A stretch of DNA of 64,000 nucleotides from an uncultured Myxococcaceae bacterium (GTDB taxonomy: Bacteria > Myxococcota_A > Polyangia > Polyangiales > Ga0077539): positions 51,799-115,798 of the forward strand of contig CAYUSB010000004.1 of NCBI GenBank assembly GCA_964447205.1, read 5' to 3'. Under the pieces are notes generated by a model. It did not search any database. It was not told where the DNA came from and saw only the letters and a list, made by a program, of their open reading frames with translations. Shown here piece by piece: positions 39,118 to 47,991 of this stretch. The position numbers and the translations under genes are program-made. How positions within the stretch are numbered: position 1 is the first letter of the stretch; every line of letters starts with the position of its first letter.

Positions 39118-41012
39118 GGCCCCGGGGGCATGCGGTACATGGCCATGGGGGAGTCGGGGGTGTGAAAGAGCCAGGTCGCTCCCGCGGCCCGGAGGGCGGC
39201 CTCGGCGGGGGTGTTGACGGTTACCCCGACCCACTTCGCGCGCAGGGCCCGAAGGCGCCGGAGGTAGGCCTGGGGGTCGCCCTCGGAGGAGACGAAGAGC
39301 ACCCGGTGGTCGTAGTTGTGCGACCACAGCTCGCCGAGGAAGTGGACCCCCTCGTCGTAGGCGAGGACGTCTCCGGGGCCGAGCTCCCGCTCCTTGGCGA
39401 GCATCCACTCCGAGGGCCAGAGGAAGGTGTCGATCTGCATCGAGGCCCGCTCGGCGGGTGTGGCCGCCCGGGCCTGGGCGAAGTACCGCGGGTGCACGAT
39501 GAACCCCCGGTAGCCCTCTTGATAGCCGTGCCAGGTGAGGGCCACGAGGGCGGCCGAGAGCACGAAGCGCCCCGCGGGGACCTTGAGGTCCCGGTGCACG
39601 ATGCAGAAGATGACCAGGGACGCGCAGCCCGCTGACAGGATGAACCGGGTCATGTACGGGACCGGGACCATCAGGGCCTCGACGAAGAGGACCAGGGGCA
39701 GGAGCCCGCGGCGCCAGTTGCGTCCGCGCAGGAGGTCGACCACGAGGACGACCACGCAGAAGAGGAGGAGCCAGCGGAAGACCGGGCCGAAGCCCCCCGA
39801 GCGCACGTCGGGGCAGTAGAAGGGCCGGGCGTTGTACCAGCTCGTGAGAAGCTCCTGGACGGCGTTGGGGGCCCCGAAGAAGGTGGGAGACTGGTCGGGC
39901 CCCGAGCCGTACTCGCGCCCCGGGTCGCTCGGTCCGTGGAAGTGAAGCCCCAGGGCCCGCACCTTCACGTCGAAGGGGAACATGGGGTTGCCCGTGTGCA
40001 GGAAGTTCTGCACGTACTTGAAGCAGCCGATCCCGAGGGCGAAGAGCCCGGAGGCGGCCACGTCGAGGGCGGTCCGGAGGCGTTTGCCGGTGGGGGTGTC
40101 GCGCACCTCGACCACGGCCCGCCCGAGGAGCCACGGACCCCAAAGGGCGAGGTGGAAGAGCCCCGTGTACTTGGCCCCAAGGAACAGCCCCCAACACAGG
40201 AACCCCATCCACCGGTCGCGGCGCTCGGGGCGGCCGAGGGTGAAGTAGATGGCGGCGGTGAAGAGGGCGTTCCAGGCCACGTCGACGTGGGTGGAGTGGG
40301 CCTGGAGGAAGACCGGGGGCATGGCCACCCAGACGGCCCCTGCGGCGAAGGCGAGGGGGCGCGAGGCCCCGACCCGGCGGGCCCACGCGGCGATGACGGC
40401 CCACCCCATGAAGAGGAAGGGGACCTGGCTGCTGTCATCGAGGCGGCTGTCGCGTTGCCAGATGCAGTTCCAGACGGCGAGGAGCTCGATGTTGTGGGGG
40501 TTGCCCTGGGTCCAGATGTTGGCCGTGGAGAGCCAGGCGAGGCTCCGCTCCTGGATGGCGTAGCTGGTCTTGGGGACGTGGTACCAGACCGGGTCCCAGG
40601 TCCACGAGCGGTAGTACCAGCACATCAGGATCACGGTCCCCGACGCGAGGAGGGCCGGGACCGCCGTAAACACGGCGATCTCGCGCTCGGAGAAGGCCTC
40701 GCGCCCGAGGCGCTTGAAGGCCCCGAGGTCGCCCCAGGCGAGGGTGCGGAGGGGGGCGAGGCCGCCGAGGCTGCGCAGGGACAGGGCGATGACGCCGGCG
40801 AAGAGGACCGTGGAGGCGATCCCGAGGGTGACGGGTTCGAGCCGACCGGCGATGCCGGTGGCGTGCAGGGCGAAGAGGAGGAGGCCCGTGCCGACGGCGA
40901 AGGCCGCCACCACGCGGTCGAGTACGCCCCGGTCGCGGTAGATTGCCGCCGCTGCCGCGTAGCTCGCCGCTGCGCACAGGGCGCTCTCGATCATCCAGAC
41001 GATCCAGCCCAT
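39114..41012 (-). CDS. large polytopic membrane protein, glycosyltransferase (GT39/GT83-like) family candidate
   Basis: 632 aa. ≥10 TM helices in the N-terminal 430 aa, then a soluble C-terminal domain. Translationally coupled (GTGA) to the downstream GT39-like gene. Confidence 0.45.
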   Translation of the reverse strand: MGWIVWMIESALCAAASYAAAAAIYRDRGVLDRVVAAFAVGTGLLLFALHATGIAGRLEPVTLGIASTVLFAGVIALSLRSLGGLAPLRTLAWGDLGAFKRLGREAFSEREIAVFTAVPALLASGTVILMCWYYRSWTWDPVWYHVPKTSYAIQERSLAWLSTANIWTQGNPHNIELLAVWNCIWQRDSRLDDSSQVPFLFMGWAVIAAWARRVGASRPLAFAAGAVWVAMPPVFLQAHSTHVDVAWNALFTAAIYFTLGRPERRDRWMGFLCWGLFLGAKYTGLFHLALWGPWLLGRAVVEVRDTPTGKRLRTALDVAASGLFALGIGCFKYVQNFLHTGNPMFPFDVKVRALGLHFHGPSDPGREYGSGPDQSPTFFGAPNAVQELLTSWYNARPFYCPDVRSGGFGPVFRWLLLFCVVVLVVDLLRGRNWRRGLLPLVLFVEALMVPVPYMTRFILSAGCASLVIFCIVHRDLKVPAGRFVLSAALVALTWHGYQEGYRGFIVHPRYFAQARAATPAERASMQIDTFLWPSEWMLAKERELGPGDVLAYDEGVHFLGELWSHNYDHRVLFVSSEGDPQAYLRRLRALRAKWVGVTVNTPAEAALRAAGATWLFHTPDSPMAMYRMPPGP

Positions 41013-41277
41013 GCGCTCGCGGGGGGTGAAACCACGTCTGCCGCGGAGGTGTCAAGGCGGGCCTTGCGCGCTGGGATTCGGACCAGGCGCCCGCGGGCCC
41101 GGAGGGACGGGCTACGGGCAGCGAAGCCGCAAGGGCGCAAGGTGCGCAAGGGTCAGAAGGTTTTGTGGGTGGGAGCGCGGCGTGACCCCCTCGGCGTCTC
41201 GTTGGGCGTCAAGGGCTGCGGGTCACCCCGGTGGTGAGCCTCGACCTGGGCTGGTCGTTCTGACCCGCGGGCGCTGC

Positions 41278-42183
41278 CTACGACCCGCGGCGCGCTCGTA
41301 CGAAGGCCTGGGTCTCCGCCGAGAGGGTACGAAGATACTCCTCCGGCAGCGTGCTCAACACCTCCAGGGGGAGGGCCCGCACCACGTCTTCGGGCGCGAG
41401 CCCAGCGAGGCGTTGTTCAGGCGTGAGTTCGGCGAGAACAACGGCTGGGTCCATGGAGGCGACCATCTTGGCGACGTCGCGCTCCCAGCGCTTCTTGACC
41501 TTGTCGATGTCCTTGGCCATGGCACCCTCTGGGCTGCGGGAGAGCTGCTCGATGCAGCGATAGAGGCGAGTGTAGAGGTCCCGCTCGCGGTCGTCCACCG
41601 GGCGTAGGGCGAGCTCCTCGGACAGAAACCGCGGGGAGATCACCCGCAGCGCCTCCTCCCGCGGCGCATCGCAAGCCACGCTGGTCTCCACAACACGCAG
41701 GGCGAAGGTACTCAGCCTGCCCTCGTACACCCCGGGACGCGCCGTCGGCTCCAGCACCCCACCCAACGCACGAAGCTGCGCCACGAAGCGGTCGGTGCGT
41801 GCAGGCGCCACGAAGCGCAGGCCCACCTCGGCCGGGTCGGACAAGGACCGCATGGCCATGTACTCCAGCACGTAGGCCAGGCCTTCCAGCACATCCGTGG
41901 CCTCCAGCGCGTCGGTCGCGCCCTTGAAGCTGAACACCGTGTGCAGCGGCATCCCGTCGAGCACCGAGGCCAGGCCCGCGGGAGGTGCCACCGTGGTGGC
42001 TGAGGGGTCGGTGCGGTGCACCACCACCACGTCGATCCGACGCGGTTCGCGCCCAAGTTGAAGCTCGGGCAGGACCTCCCACACTCGCAGGTCGAGCGAC
42101 GACTCCACCAGCACCACGAACATCGGATGCCACGCCGTACGCGGGGCCCGAGGGATACGCCGAGTCGAGCGGGGGCGGGCCAT
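41278..42183 (-). CDS. hypothetical protein, possibly Rpn/YhgA-like PD-(D/E)XK nuclease-family (transposase_31-like) protein
   Basis: Start taken at MARPRSTRRIP... (42183); an alternative is MFVVLVES.... Features: …RIDVVVVHRTD…TVFSFKGATD… (D…F-K) and a helical C-terminus (…LAELTPEQRLAGLAPEDVVRALPLEVLSTLPEEYLRTLSAETQAFV…). The 3' ~75 bp are duplicated at 42226-42311. Confidence 0.35.
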   Translation of the reverse strand: MARPRSTRRIPRAPRTAWHPMFVVLVESSLDLRVWEVLPELQLGREPRRIDVVVVHRTDPSATTVAPPAGLASVLDGMPLHTVFSFKGATDALEATDVLEGLAYVLEYMAMRSLSDPAEVGLRFVAPARTDRFVAQLRALGGVLEPTARPGVYEGRLSTFALRVVETSVACDAPREEALRVISPRFLSEELALRPVDDRERDLYTRLYRCIEQLSRSPEGAMAKDIDKVKKRWERDVAKMVASMDPAVVLAELTPEQRLAGLAPEDVVRALPLEVLSTLPEEYLRTLSAETQAFVRARRGS

Positions 42184-42268
42184 CGCATCGCTCCTACCGC
42201 CGCCACCCAGGCAGCGCAATCCCTGGATGCCACGCGACCGGTTGCGCTGACTTCGACCCGCGCCGCGC

Positions 42269-42676
42269 TCAGACGAAGGCCTGGGTCTCCGGAGAGGGTA
42301 GGAAGATACTCCTTCGGCAGCCGCAGGGATCACGGCAGCGACAGCACCCGCTGCCGCACGGGCACCTCTGGCCACAGCCCCGCAACCGGCGCCGCGGAGC
42401 GTGTGCTGGGGGGGCGAGGTCGGGGTCGCGGGCCACGAAGCGCGTGCCGTCCACGTGCAGGTCCCTCATGACGCCTCCGGATGACGGGGGCGCGAAGCGT
42501 TGACAGGAACTCTCCGCGCGACCACAGTGTTGCGGGGTGTCTTCCGCGTATCGTACGCCCAACGACAACATGGTCTCTTCGGAGCAGCGCGCATGGCTTG
42601 CGGGGCAGGGGCGTTCCGAGGCCGAGGTTGCGTCGTGGCAGCGCGGGATCCTCCCCGCTGCACAGGTGCGCCGCAT
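42269..42676 (-). pseudogene. remnant/degenerate tandem paralogue of the 41278-42183 gene (only the 3' end is conserved, frameshifted)
   Basis: 42226-42311 is ~88% identical to 41262-41350, with a 2-nt indel that shifts the frame. The ORF ends …RRSIFLPSPETQAFV*, versus …EEYLRTLSAETQAFVRARRGS* in the intact copy. The upstream part is not homologous. Confidence 0.3.
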
Positions 42677-43199
42677 GACGGCGAGCAGGTCCGACCCAGC
42701 GTGGGTGGTCGTCGGGGCGCTGGCGATCCCGGCGTTGCTGATGGTGGTCAGTGCGGCGGTGACGCACGCGCCGTGGGCCTTGGCCGCCGCGGGGGCTGGC
42801 GTCGCGGCTGTGGTGGCATCCGTGGTGTGGGCACTTGTGTCGAACCCCGCGCGGCGGATGGGCTTCGGTGCAGTGCAAATCCTTTGCGGCGAGCCGTGTC
42901 ATGCCGAACCCCGTGCGGAGACCGACGAAGAGGGCGTGACGCCGGGGTCACACGTCGTGCGTGGTATCTTTGTCGACTCCGCGGGTGGCTACTGGGGCAA
43001 GAACAGCTTCGTCGTGAGCGCGTGGGTCTGGGAGCGCATACCTGCTGTTTTCTCCAACGAGTCGCACACGTTATGCGAGCGTTTCACGTTCTACGTGGTG
43101 AGGCGGACGGGGGCTCCATGGGTGACGGTCCTCGCGGTGCTTCCGGGCTGGGAGTTGCCTGATCCGTGGTCTCCTCCTCCCAGTTCGGGAGGAGGGTGA
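42570..43199 (+). CDS. hypothetical membrane protein (orphan)
   Basis: ATG 42570 (MVSSEQRAWLAGQG...). One or two TM helices (WVVVGALAIPALLMVVSAAV…AAAGAGVAAVVASVVWALV). GC is visibly lower than its surroundings over 42.9-43.2 kb. Confidence 0.35.
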   Translation: MVSSEQRAWLAGQGRSEAEVASWQRGILPAAQVRRMTASRSDPAWVVVGALAIPALLMVVSAAVTHAPWALAAAGAGVAAVVASVVWALVSNPARRMGFGAVQILCGEPCHAEPRAETDEEGVTPGSHVVRGIFVDSAGGYWGKNSFVVSAWVWERIPAVFSNESHTLCERFTFYVVRRTGAPWVTVLAVLPGWELPDPWSPPPSSGGG

Positions 43200-43273
43200 G
43201 AGGGGGCGGGGCGCAGCGTGGCAGGCCAGTAGTTTCTGGGTGCCCCCCACCGTGGGATCGTAAGGGTCGCCAC

Positions 43274-43445
43274 GGCCCGAGACGCATCCGGGCTCCCGAT
43301 GCGCCCTGGACACGCTGGCCCGACACGCATCGGGGCCTCCGATGCACGCTGGATATCCCGGCCCGACACGCATCCCTGGCACCGAAGCCCCATAGACATC
43401 CTGGCCCGACCCACATCCGGGCCCCAGGTGGTGTGGGAGCGCGTG
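43274..43445. repeat. degenerate 43-bp tandem repeat x4 (GGCCCGACACGCATCCGGGC-core)
   Basis: Four head-to-tail units start at 43274, 43317, 43360 and 43403. Each begins GGCCCGA(C/G)(A/C)CGCATC(C/G)(G/C)GGC and has a more divergent 3' half. Lies in a convergent intergenic region. Confidence 0.6.
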
Positions 43446-43625
43446 TCTCCGGTCATCCCCCCGCCCCCCGATGCAGGTCGGGCATGGCCCCGCGCCAAGC
43501 ACCCGCTCGTGTGGAGCTCCAGGCCCACCGCAGTGTTGCCTGAATCCCCATGATGCGCTGTGACCTGCCGCCCGCCTGTGGCGCTGCGCGTGACCGCGCC
43601 GGATAACGCCGGGGCGCAGGTGGGC

Positions 43626-44636
43626 CTACGCGCCGGGATACGCCGCGTGGATGTCGCCGTCGAACAGCCGCCAGCAGAAGTCGTTCATCCGCGCCGCCGC
43701 AGGGGCGTGCCGGGCAAGGATGTCCGCCACGGCGGCCGGCACGTCCTGCGGGATGTCGCCGCCCGCGCATCGGCGCACGTACCTGTTGCGGTCGACGGGG
43801 CCACCGCTGGCCGGCACCGCGACCCCGCACACCGTCGTGACCAGCCAGTTGACCAGCCGCATCGCCGCGTACTCGGCATCGTGGCCGACGTGCCGCGCGA
43901 CGAACTCGCGCTCGGCGGTCGACAGGTCGAACCGGGGCGAGGTGGCCAGCCCGAAGTCGACGAGGTAGATCCGATCGTCGTCAGCCCGGATGTTGCCGAA
44001 ATGTCCGTCCATGTGCAGCAGCTCGCGGCGACGCAAAAACGCCACGATCTCGAACAGCTGCCGCTCGAAGAGCTCGGCCTGGCCGACCGGGTCGGTCAGC
44101 CGGTCGAGCAGCGGAGCGGGGACGTACTCGAGAAACAGCACGAGGCTGGAGGTCGCGGCGGCCAGTTCCTCGAGGCGGATGCGCACGGCCGGGGCGCCGC
44201 CAAACTGGGCGACGACGGCGTCGATGTCCAGCTGTTCGGACGCGATGGGTGCACGGCCGGGCAGCACCCGCCAGTGGTACAGCAAGGGGAAGGACGCCGA
44301 CTCACCGGCGAGGACTCCTTCGGTGACGATCATGTTCGCGGCCAGCTCGCGCCAGGCCCCGAAGCTCGGGCCGGCGCGGCCGTACATGCCGTACTGGCAG
44401 CAGGTCGGCAGGTCGAACAGGTTCGTTGTGCCGTGCGGATGCGCCAGCTCCCGGTCGGTGATCGGGATCCGCTTGGTGAACACCGGCACGCCGTCCACGT
44501 CGAGCACCGAGGAGCCGCCGCCCACCCCCACGGCGGGCCAGGGCGCGGCGCGCAGGACCGCCGCCAGCGCGTCGTCGTCGCGGGCGGTAAGCAGGGCCGA
44601 CATGCGGTCGTGGCGGAACCGTCGGAGGGAGCGCAT
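43626..44636 (-). CDS. protein-kinase-fold phosphotransferase (APH/choline-kinase-like family)
   Basis: Catalytic-loop-like HMDGHFGNI (HxDxxxxN) and YLVDFGLA (DFG) motifs. 336 aa. Confidence 0.6.
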   Translation of the reverse strand: MRSLRRFRHDRMSALLTARDDDALAAVLRAAPWPAVGVGGGSSVLDVDGVPVFTKRIPITDRELAHPHGTTNLFDLPTCCQYGMYGRAGPSFGAWRELAANMIVTEGVLAGESASFPLLYHWRVLPGRAPIASEQLDIDAVVAQFGGAPAVRIRLEELAAATSSLVLFLEYVPAPLLDRLTDPVGQAELFERQLFEIVAFLRRRELLHMDGHFGNIRADDDRIYLVDFGLATSPRFDLSTAEREFVARHVGHDAEYAAMRLVNWLVTTVCGVAVPASGGPVDRNRYVRRCAGGDIPQDVPAAVADILARHAPAAARMNDFCWRLFDGDIHAAYPGA

Positions 44637-44707
44637 CGCCCCCCATCATGCCAGGGGATGGCGGTCCCTCAAGCTGGAGCTTCCGAACCCTGCGCCCGCC
44701 GCACGAG

Positions 44708-45631
44708 TTACAGGGTGAACCAGGCCGCGCAGAGGGCCTCGAGCGAGCCCGGGGGCTCGGCGAAGCGGCGGACGATCCGCGGGAGGGTGGAGTACGGGTG
44801 CCGCAGGGTCCAGGCCAGGAGGGCTTCGGGGTCGGGGTCGAGACCGGCCGCGTCAACAAAGGCCCCGAGGCAGCCCGGGGCCCCCTGAAACACAAACTCC
44901 ACCAGCGAGGCCACCTCCAGCCCGGCCGGGGCGGCCCGGGCCTCGGCCCAGTCGAGGAGCGACACCACCCTCCACCCGTCCGGTCCCTCCTCCAGCCGAA
45001 CGTGGTCGCCCAGGAGCTCGGTGTGGCACACCCCGACGGGTGCCTCGGGGTCGACCGGGTGGGCCGCGAAGAGGGCTGTCGTCACGTCGGGGCCGAACAC
45101 CCCCCGCTGACGTCCCGCCGCCGCAGCCTCCGTGCTGCGCAGAAACTCCGGCCACGCCCGCACGCTCTCCGCGGGCGGCGCGAGGCCCTGGAGGCCCCGC
45201 ACGAGGTCGCCCAGGTGGCGGGCCAGGGCCACCCGGGCAGAAGGGTCGAGGCCAGGCCAGAGGTCTGACAGGGCCCGGCCGTGGACCCGGGTCATCACCA
45301 CGTAGGGCCAGCCCGAGACCTCGCCCGACGCCACGACCTGGGGAAGGGTCAGGGACAGGGCCGCCGCGATCCGGGGATAGTCCGCCTCGTTGACCAGATC
45401 GGCGGCGTAGCAGGGGGCCGTGAGCTTGAGGACGTGGGTGTCCGTGCCCCAGACCACGGCCGTCCCGTCCGAGAAGGGGACGAGCTCGCCCGGCAGGCCG
45501 TGCCGGGCCTGGAGGTCGCGCAAGACATCGCCCCACGCCTCCAGCGACAGGTGATCGCGTGTCTCCCGGGACGGGTCGTAGGGCGGCAGGGTGGGGGGCG
45601 CTTGACGCCCGGGACGCGGTGCGGTTCCCAT
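44708..45631 (-). CDS. aminoglycoside-phosphotransferase-like (APH) family protein
   Basis: …VCHTELLGDHVRL… (Brenner-like H-x-D/E motif) and …VVSLLDWAEA… (IDWE-like). 307 aa. Adjacent to, and in the same orientation as, a second kinase-fold gene. Confidence 0.6.
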   Translation of the reverse strand: MGTAPRPGRQAPPTLPPYDPSRETRDHLSLEAWGDVLRDLQARHGLPGELVPFSDGTAVVWGTDTHVLKLTAPCYAADLVNEADYPRIAAALSLTLPQVVASGEVSGWPYVVMTRVHGRALSDLWPGLDPSARVALARHLGDLVRGLQGLAPPAESVRAWPEFLRSTEAAAAGRQRGVFGPDVTTALFAAHPVDPEAPVGVCHTELLGDHVRLEEGPDGWRVVSLLDWAEARAAPAGLEVASLVEFVFQGAPGCLGAFVDAAGLDPDPEALLAWTLRHPYSTLPRIVRRFAEPPGSLEALCAAWFTL

Positions 45632-45648
45632 CGCAGCGTGGCTACACC

Positions 45649-46644
45649 ATGAGGGCCCCGTTCGACCACGATCCGTCGGCCCTCTCGCGTCGTCGGGCGA
45701 TCCAGTGTGGGGTCCTGGCCCTCGTCGGCTGCGGTCGCCCCGTGACGGAACCGTCGTCGGACTGGGGCGCCGCGGGACTCGGTCGCCCGCGTTGGCTCGC
45801 CTCGGCAGGGGAAGACCTCTTCTTCCTCGACGATTCCCCCGGGACCCGCGGAGGCGGGGCGATCTTCCGGCTCCCGCACGCGGGCGGGCTTGCCCGAGGG
45901 GTGGTCTTCGAATCCACGGGCATCACCGGGGCGGCCGTGTGGCCCGAGGGGATCGTCTGGGTTCCGCGCCGCGGGGGCGGGGCCCTGAAGCTGCTGGAGC
46001 ACCGACACCCCGAGGCATCGCGCGTCCTCACGACGGGCCCCGCGGCCTGGAGGGAGGCCCTGGTCACCGACGGGGTCGATGTCTTCGGCTCCACCGTCGG
46101 CGGCCCCCTGGTGGCTGTTCCCCTCGCCGGAGGGCCCAGCCGGAACCTCTTCCCCGAGCCCGCCACGGCCCTCGCTCTCGCCCCCGGGGTCCTCGTCTTT
46201 GTCGCAGGCGACACCCTCCGGGTGGTCCCGCGCCAGGGCGGTTCCTCGGCGCCTCTCGCTCCCGCCCGCGGGGTGGGGTCCCTCGTCGTGCGGGGGTCGT
46301 ACGCCTACTGGGCGGAGCGTTCTCGTCCCCTCGGGGCACGGACCGGGGCCTTGCGTCGGGTGGCCCTCGCAGGGGGGCCCGTCGAAACCCTGGTTGCGGG
46401 CATCGCCGACCCTGAGGCCCTCGCGGTGGGCGGGGCGAGGGCCTGGTACGCCGGGGCGGTGTTCGATCCCGAGGCCCGGCGCGGGGCCCGGGTTCTGGGG
46501 AGCGTGGACCTGGGCAGCCGCAGCCACCGGGAGGGGTCTTGCCCGGTCGGGGTCACGGCCCTGCTCTGCGAAGGGGCCTCCCTCTATCTGGTCGGGACCC
46601 TCGGGGCCAAGGTCGGGGGCGTCGTGCGCAGGCAACCCGCGTGA
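45649..46644 (+). CDS. hypothetical Tat-signal lipoprotein
   Basis: MRAPFDHDPSALSRRRAIQCGVLALVGCG has a twin-arginine motif plus lipobox. Gly/Ala-rich, beta-like remainder. Confidence 0.45.
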   Translation: MRAPFDHDPSALSRRRAIQCGVLALVGCGRPVTEPSSDWGAAGLGRPRWLASAGEDLFFLDDSPGTRGGGAIFRLPHAGGLARGVVFESTGITGAAVWPEGIVWVPRRGGGALKLLEHRHPEASRVLTTGPAAWREALVTDGVDVFGSTVGGPLVAVPLAGGPSRNLFPEPATALALAPGVLVFVAGDTLRVVPRQGGSSAPLAPARGVGSLVVRGSYAYWAERSRPLGARTGALRRVALAGGPVETLVAGIADPEALAVGGARAWYAGAVFDPEARRGARVLGSVDLGSRSHREGSCPVGVTALLCEGASLYLVGTLGAKVGGVVRRQPA

Positions 46645-46988
46645 GGCTGGGGCCCTCGGCCGTGTGTGCGGTGGTCCTCGTCGGGTGCGGATCTCGGACG
46701 GTGACCGACGCCCGGTGGACCTTCCGCTGGGACGTAGACGGCTCCGTGGTCGACGACACCTGGACCGACCGGGTCGCGACCTGCGCCCGCAGCGCAGCCG
46801 ACGCGGAGAACGCCCGGGCCCTCGTGCACCGCAGCCACGTGGCCGTCTGCGACCGGCGCTGCGCCCGCGGGGCGGAGGCGGACTGGGGGCCCTGCTGGCT
46901 GCGCTGCGAGGCGGTCGTGACCCTGCGCGACCGACGCTGCACCGAGCGCCGACGGGTGCTGCCACGACCGCCGTTCTGGATCCGCTGA
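46641..46988 (+). CDS. small Cys-rich lipoprotein, hypothetical
   Basis: GTG start overlapping the upstream stop (GTGA at 46641-46644). VRLGPSAVCAVVLVGCGS lipobox. 9 Cys in 115 aa. Confidence 0.35.
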   Translation: MRLGPSAVCAVVLVGCGSRTVTDARWTFRWDVDGSVVDDTWTDRVATCARSAADAENARALVHRSHVAVCDRRCARGAEADWGPCWLRCEAVVTLRDRRCTERRRVLPRPPFWIR

Positions 46989-47011
46989 CGGGCCCCGCTG
47001 GGGGGGACGGG

Positions 47012-47884
47012 CTACGTGCCGCTCTTGCCGCGCAGGACCACGTCCTCGCCGTGGACCCCCCGCAGGAGCTCGAGGTCCTTGTTGGAGCCGAGGAGGAGGG
47101 CGATGTTCTTGTCGGTGAGGGCGTCGAAGATGGCGGCCCCCTGGGGGTCGGGGACGAGCTCCTTGTACATCCGCGACAGGGCCTCGAAGTCCTTGATGAA
47201 ACACGCCCCCCCGGCCCCGCGGCCCGACTTGTGGATGGGATTCATGTACGTGGGGCCGTTGTCGGGATCGGCGGCCATGGCCTGGCGGATCACGTCCCAG
47301 CTCACGTCGTGCTTCGTCACGAGCTCGTAGAACAGGTTGATGAACACCACCCGCACGAACCCCAGGGCGTTGCGCCCATACTTGATGAACTCCGCCTCGC
47401 GGGCCGAGCACACGATGGCGTAGTTGGCCTTGGGCAGGACCTTGAGGACCTCCTCGGCCGCGGCGTGGTACTCCGCGGAGTCCACGGGGATGCCCACGAT
47501 GTTGCGGGTGGGGTTTTCCGCGTCGTGTTTGGCCGTGGCCACCGACAGAAACTCCGGCGAATGCATGACCATCACGTCGGGGTACTGCCGCTGGATCGAC
47601 TCCGTCGTGCCGGGCAGGAGGGTGGACTTGATGACCACCGTCTTGCCCTTGCCCACCAGCCCGATGCAGCTCCGCACGATGCTGTCGTCGAAGCCCTCGG
47701 GGGTGGTCGGGGTCGGCACCGCCACGAAGACGATGTCGCACTCCTTGATGAGCCCGGCGTTGCCCGTGTAGGGCTCCTCCTTGGCGTAGCGGGCCACGGC
47801 GTACCCGCGGCGCTCGAAGTCGTCCGCGTAGGTCTTGCCGATCCAGCCCTGGCCAATGAATCCAATGGTCTTCTGTGTGGTCAT
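47012..47884 (-). CDS. NDP-sugar dehydrogenase family protein (UDP-glucose/GDP-mannose 6-dehydrogenase-like, short form)
   Basis: Start ATG 47884-47882 (MTTQKTIGFIGQGWIGKTYA…, a Rossmann GxGxxG). Catalytic-Cys motif GGACFIKD (compare UDPGDH GG.CF.KD). Only 290 aa, so it lacks the C-terminal UDP-binding domain. Confidence 0.65.
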   Translation of the reverse strand: MTTQKTIGFIGQGWIGKTYADDFERRGYAVARYAKEEPYTGNAGLIKECDIVFVAVPTPTTPEGFDDSIVRSCIGLVGKGKTVVIKSTLLPGTTESIQRQYPDVMVMHSPEFLSVATAKHDAENPTRNIVGIPVDSAEYHAAAEEVLKVLPKANYAIVCSAREAEFIKYGRNALGFVRVVFINLFYELVTKHDVSWDVIRQAMAADPDNGPTYMNPIHKSGRGAGGACFIKDFEALSRMYKELVPDPQGAAIFDALTDKNIALLLGSNKDLELLRGVHGEDVVLRGKSGT

Positions 47885-47991
47885 GGTGCGCGTGTCCCTG
47901 CTCCGGGAGCGGTCAAGGGCGTCGGTCTCGCCCGGGGGAGTCTCGATGCTGGCCGGGAGGTGTATCCGAAGTTGGCCCGTCGCGCAGCACC

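Noticed and set aside
37888-40404. 838-aa ORF
   Set aside because: Only the C-terminal 409 aa (from GTG 39117) are protein-like. The N-terminal part is an RP-rich out-of-frame read through the upstream membrane-protein gene (39114-41012 -).
43274-43445. Possible CRISPR array
   Set aside because: The units are contiguous 43-bp repeats without interspersed unique spacers, and the repeat degenerates progressively. No cas genes are nearby.
44853-46965. Several long minus/plus ORFs (44853-45536, 45349-46965, 46079-48283)
   Set aside because: They overlap the kinase-like, Tat-lipoprotein and dehydrogenase genes in alternative frames or antisense. All are RG/PR-rich artefacts.
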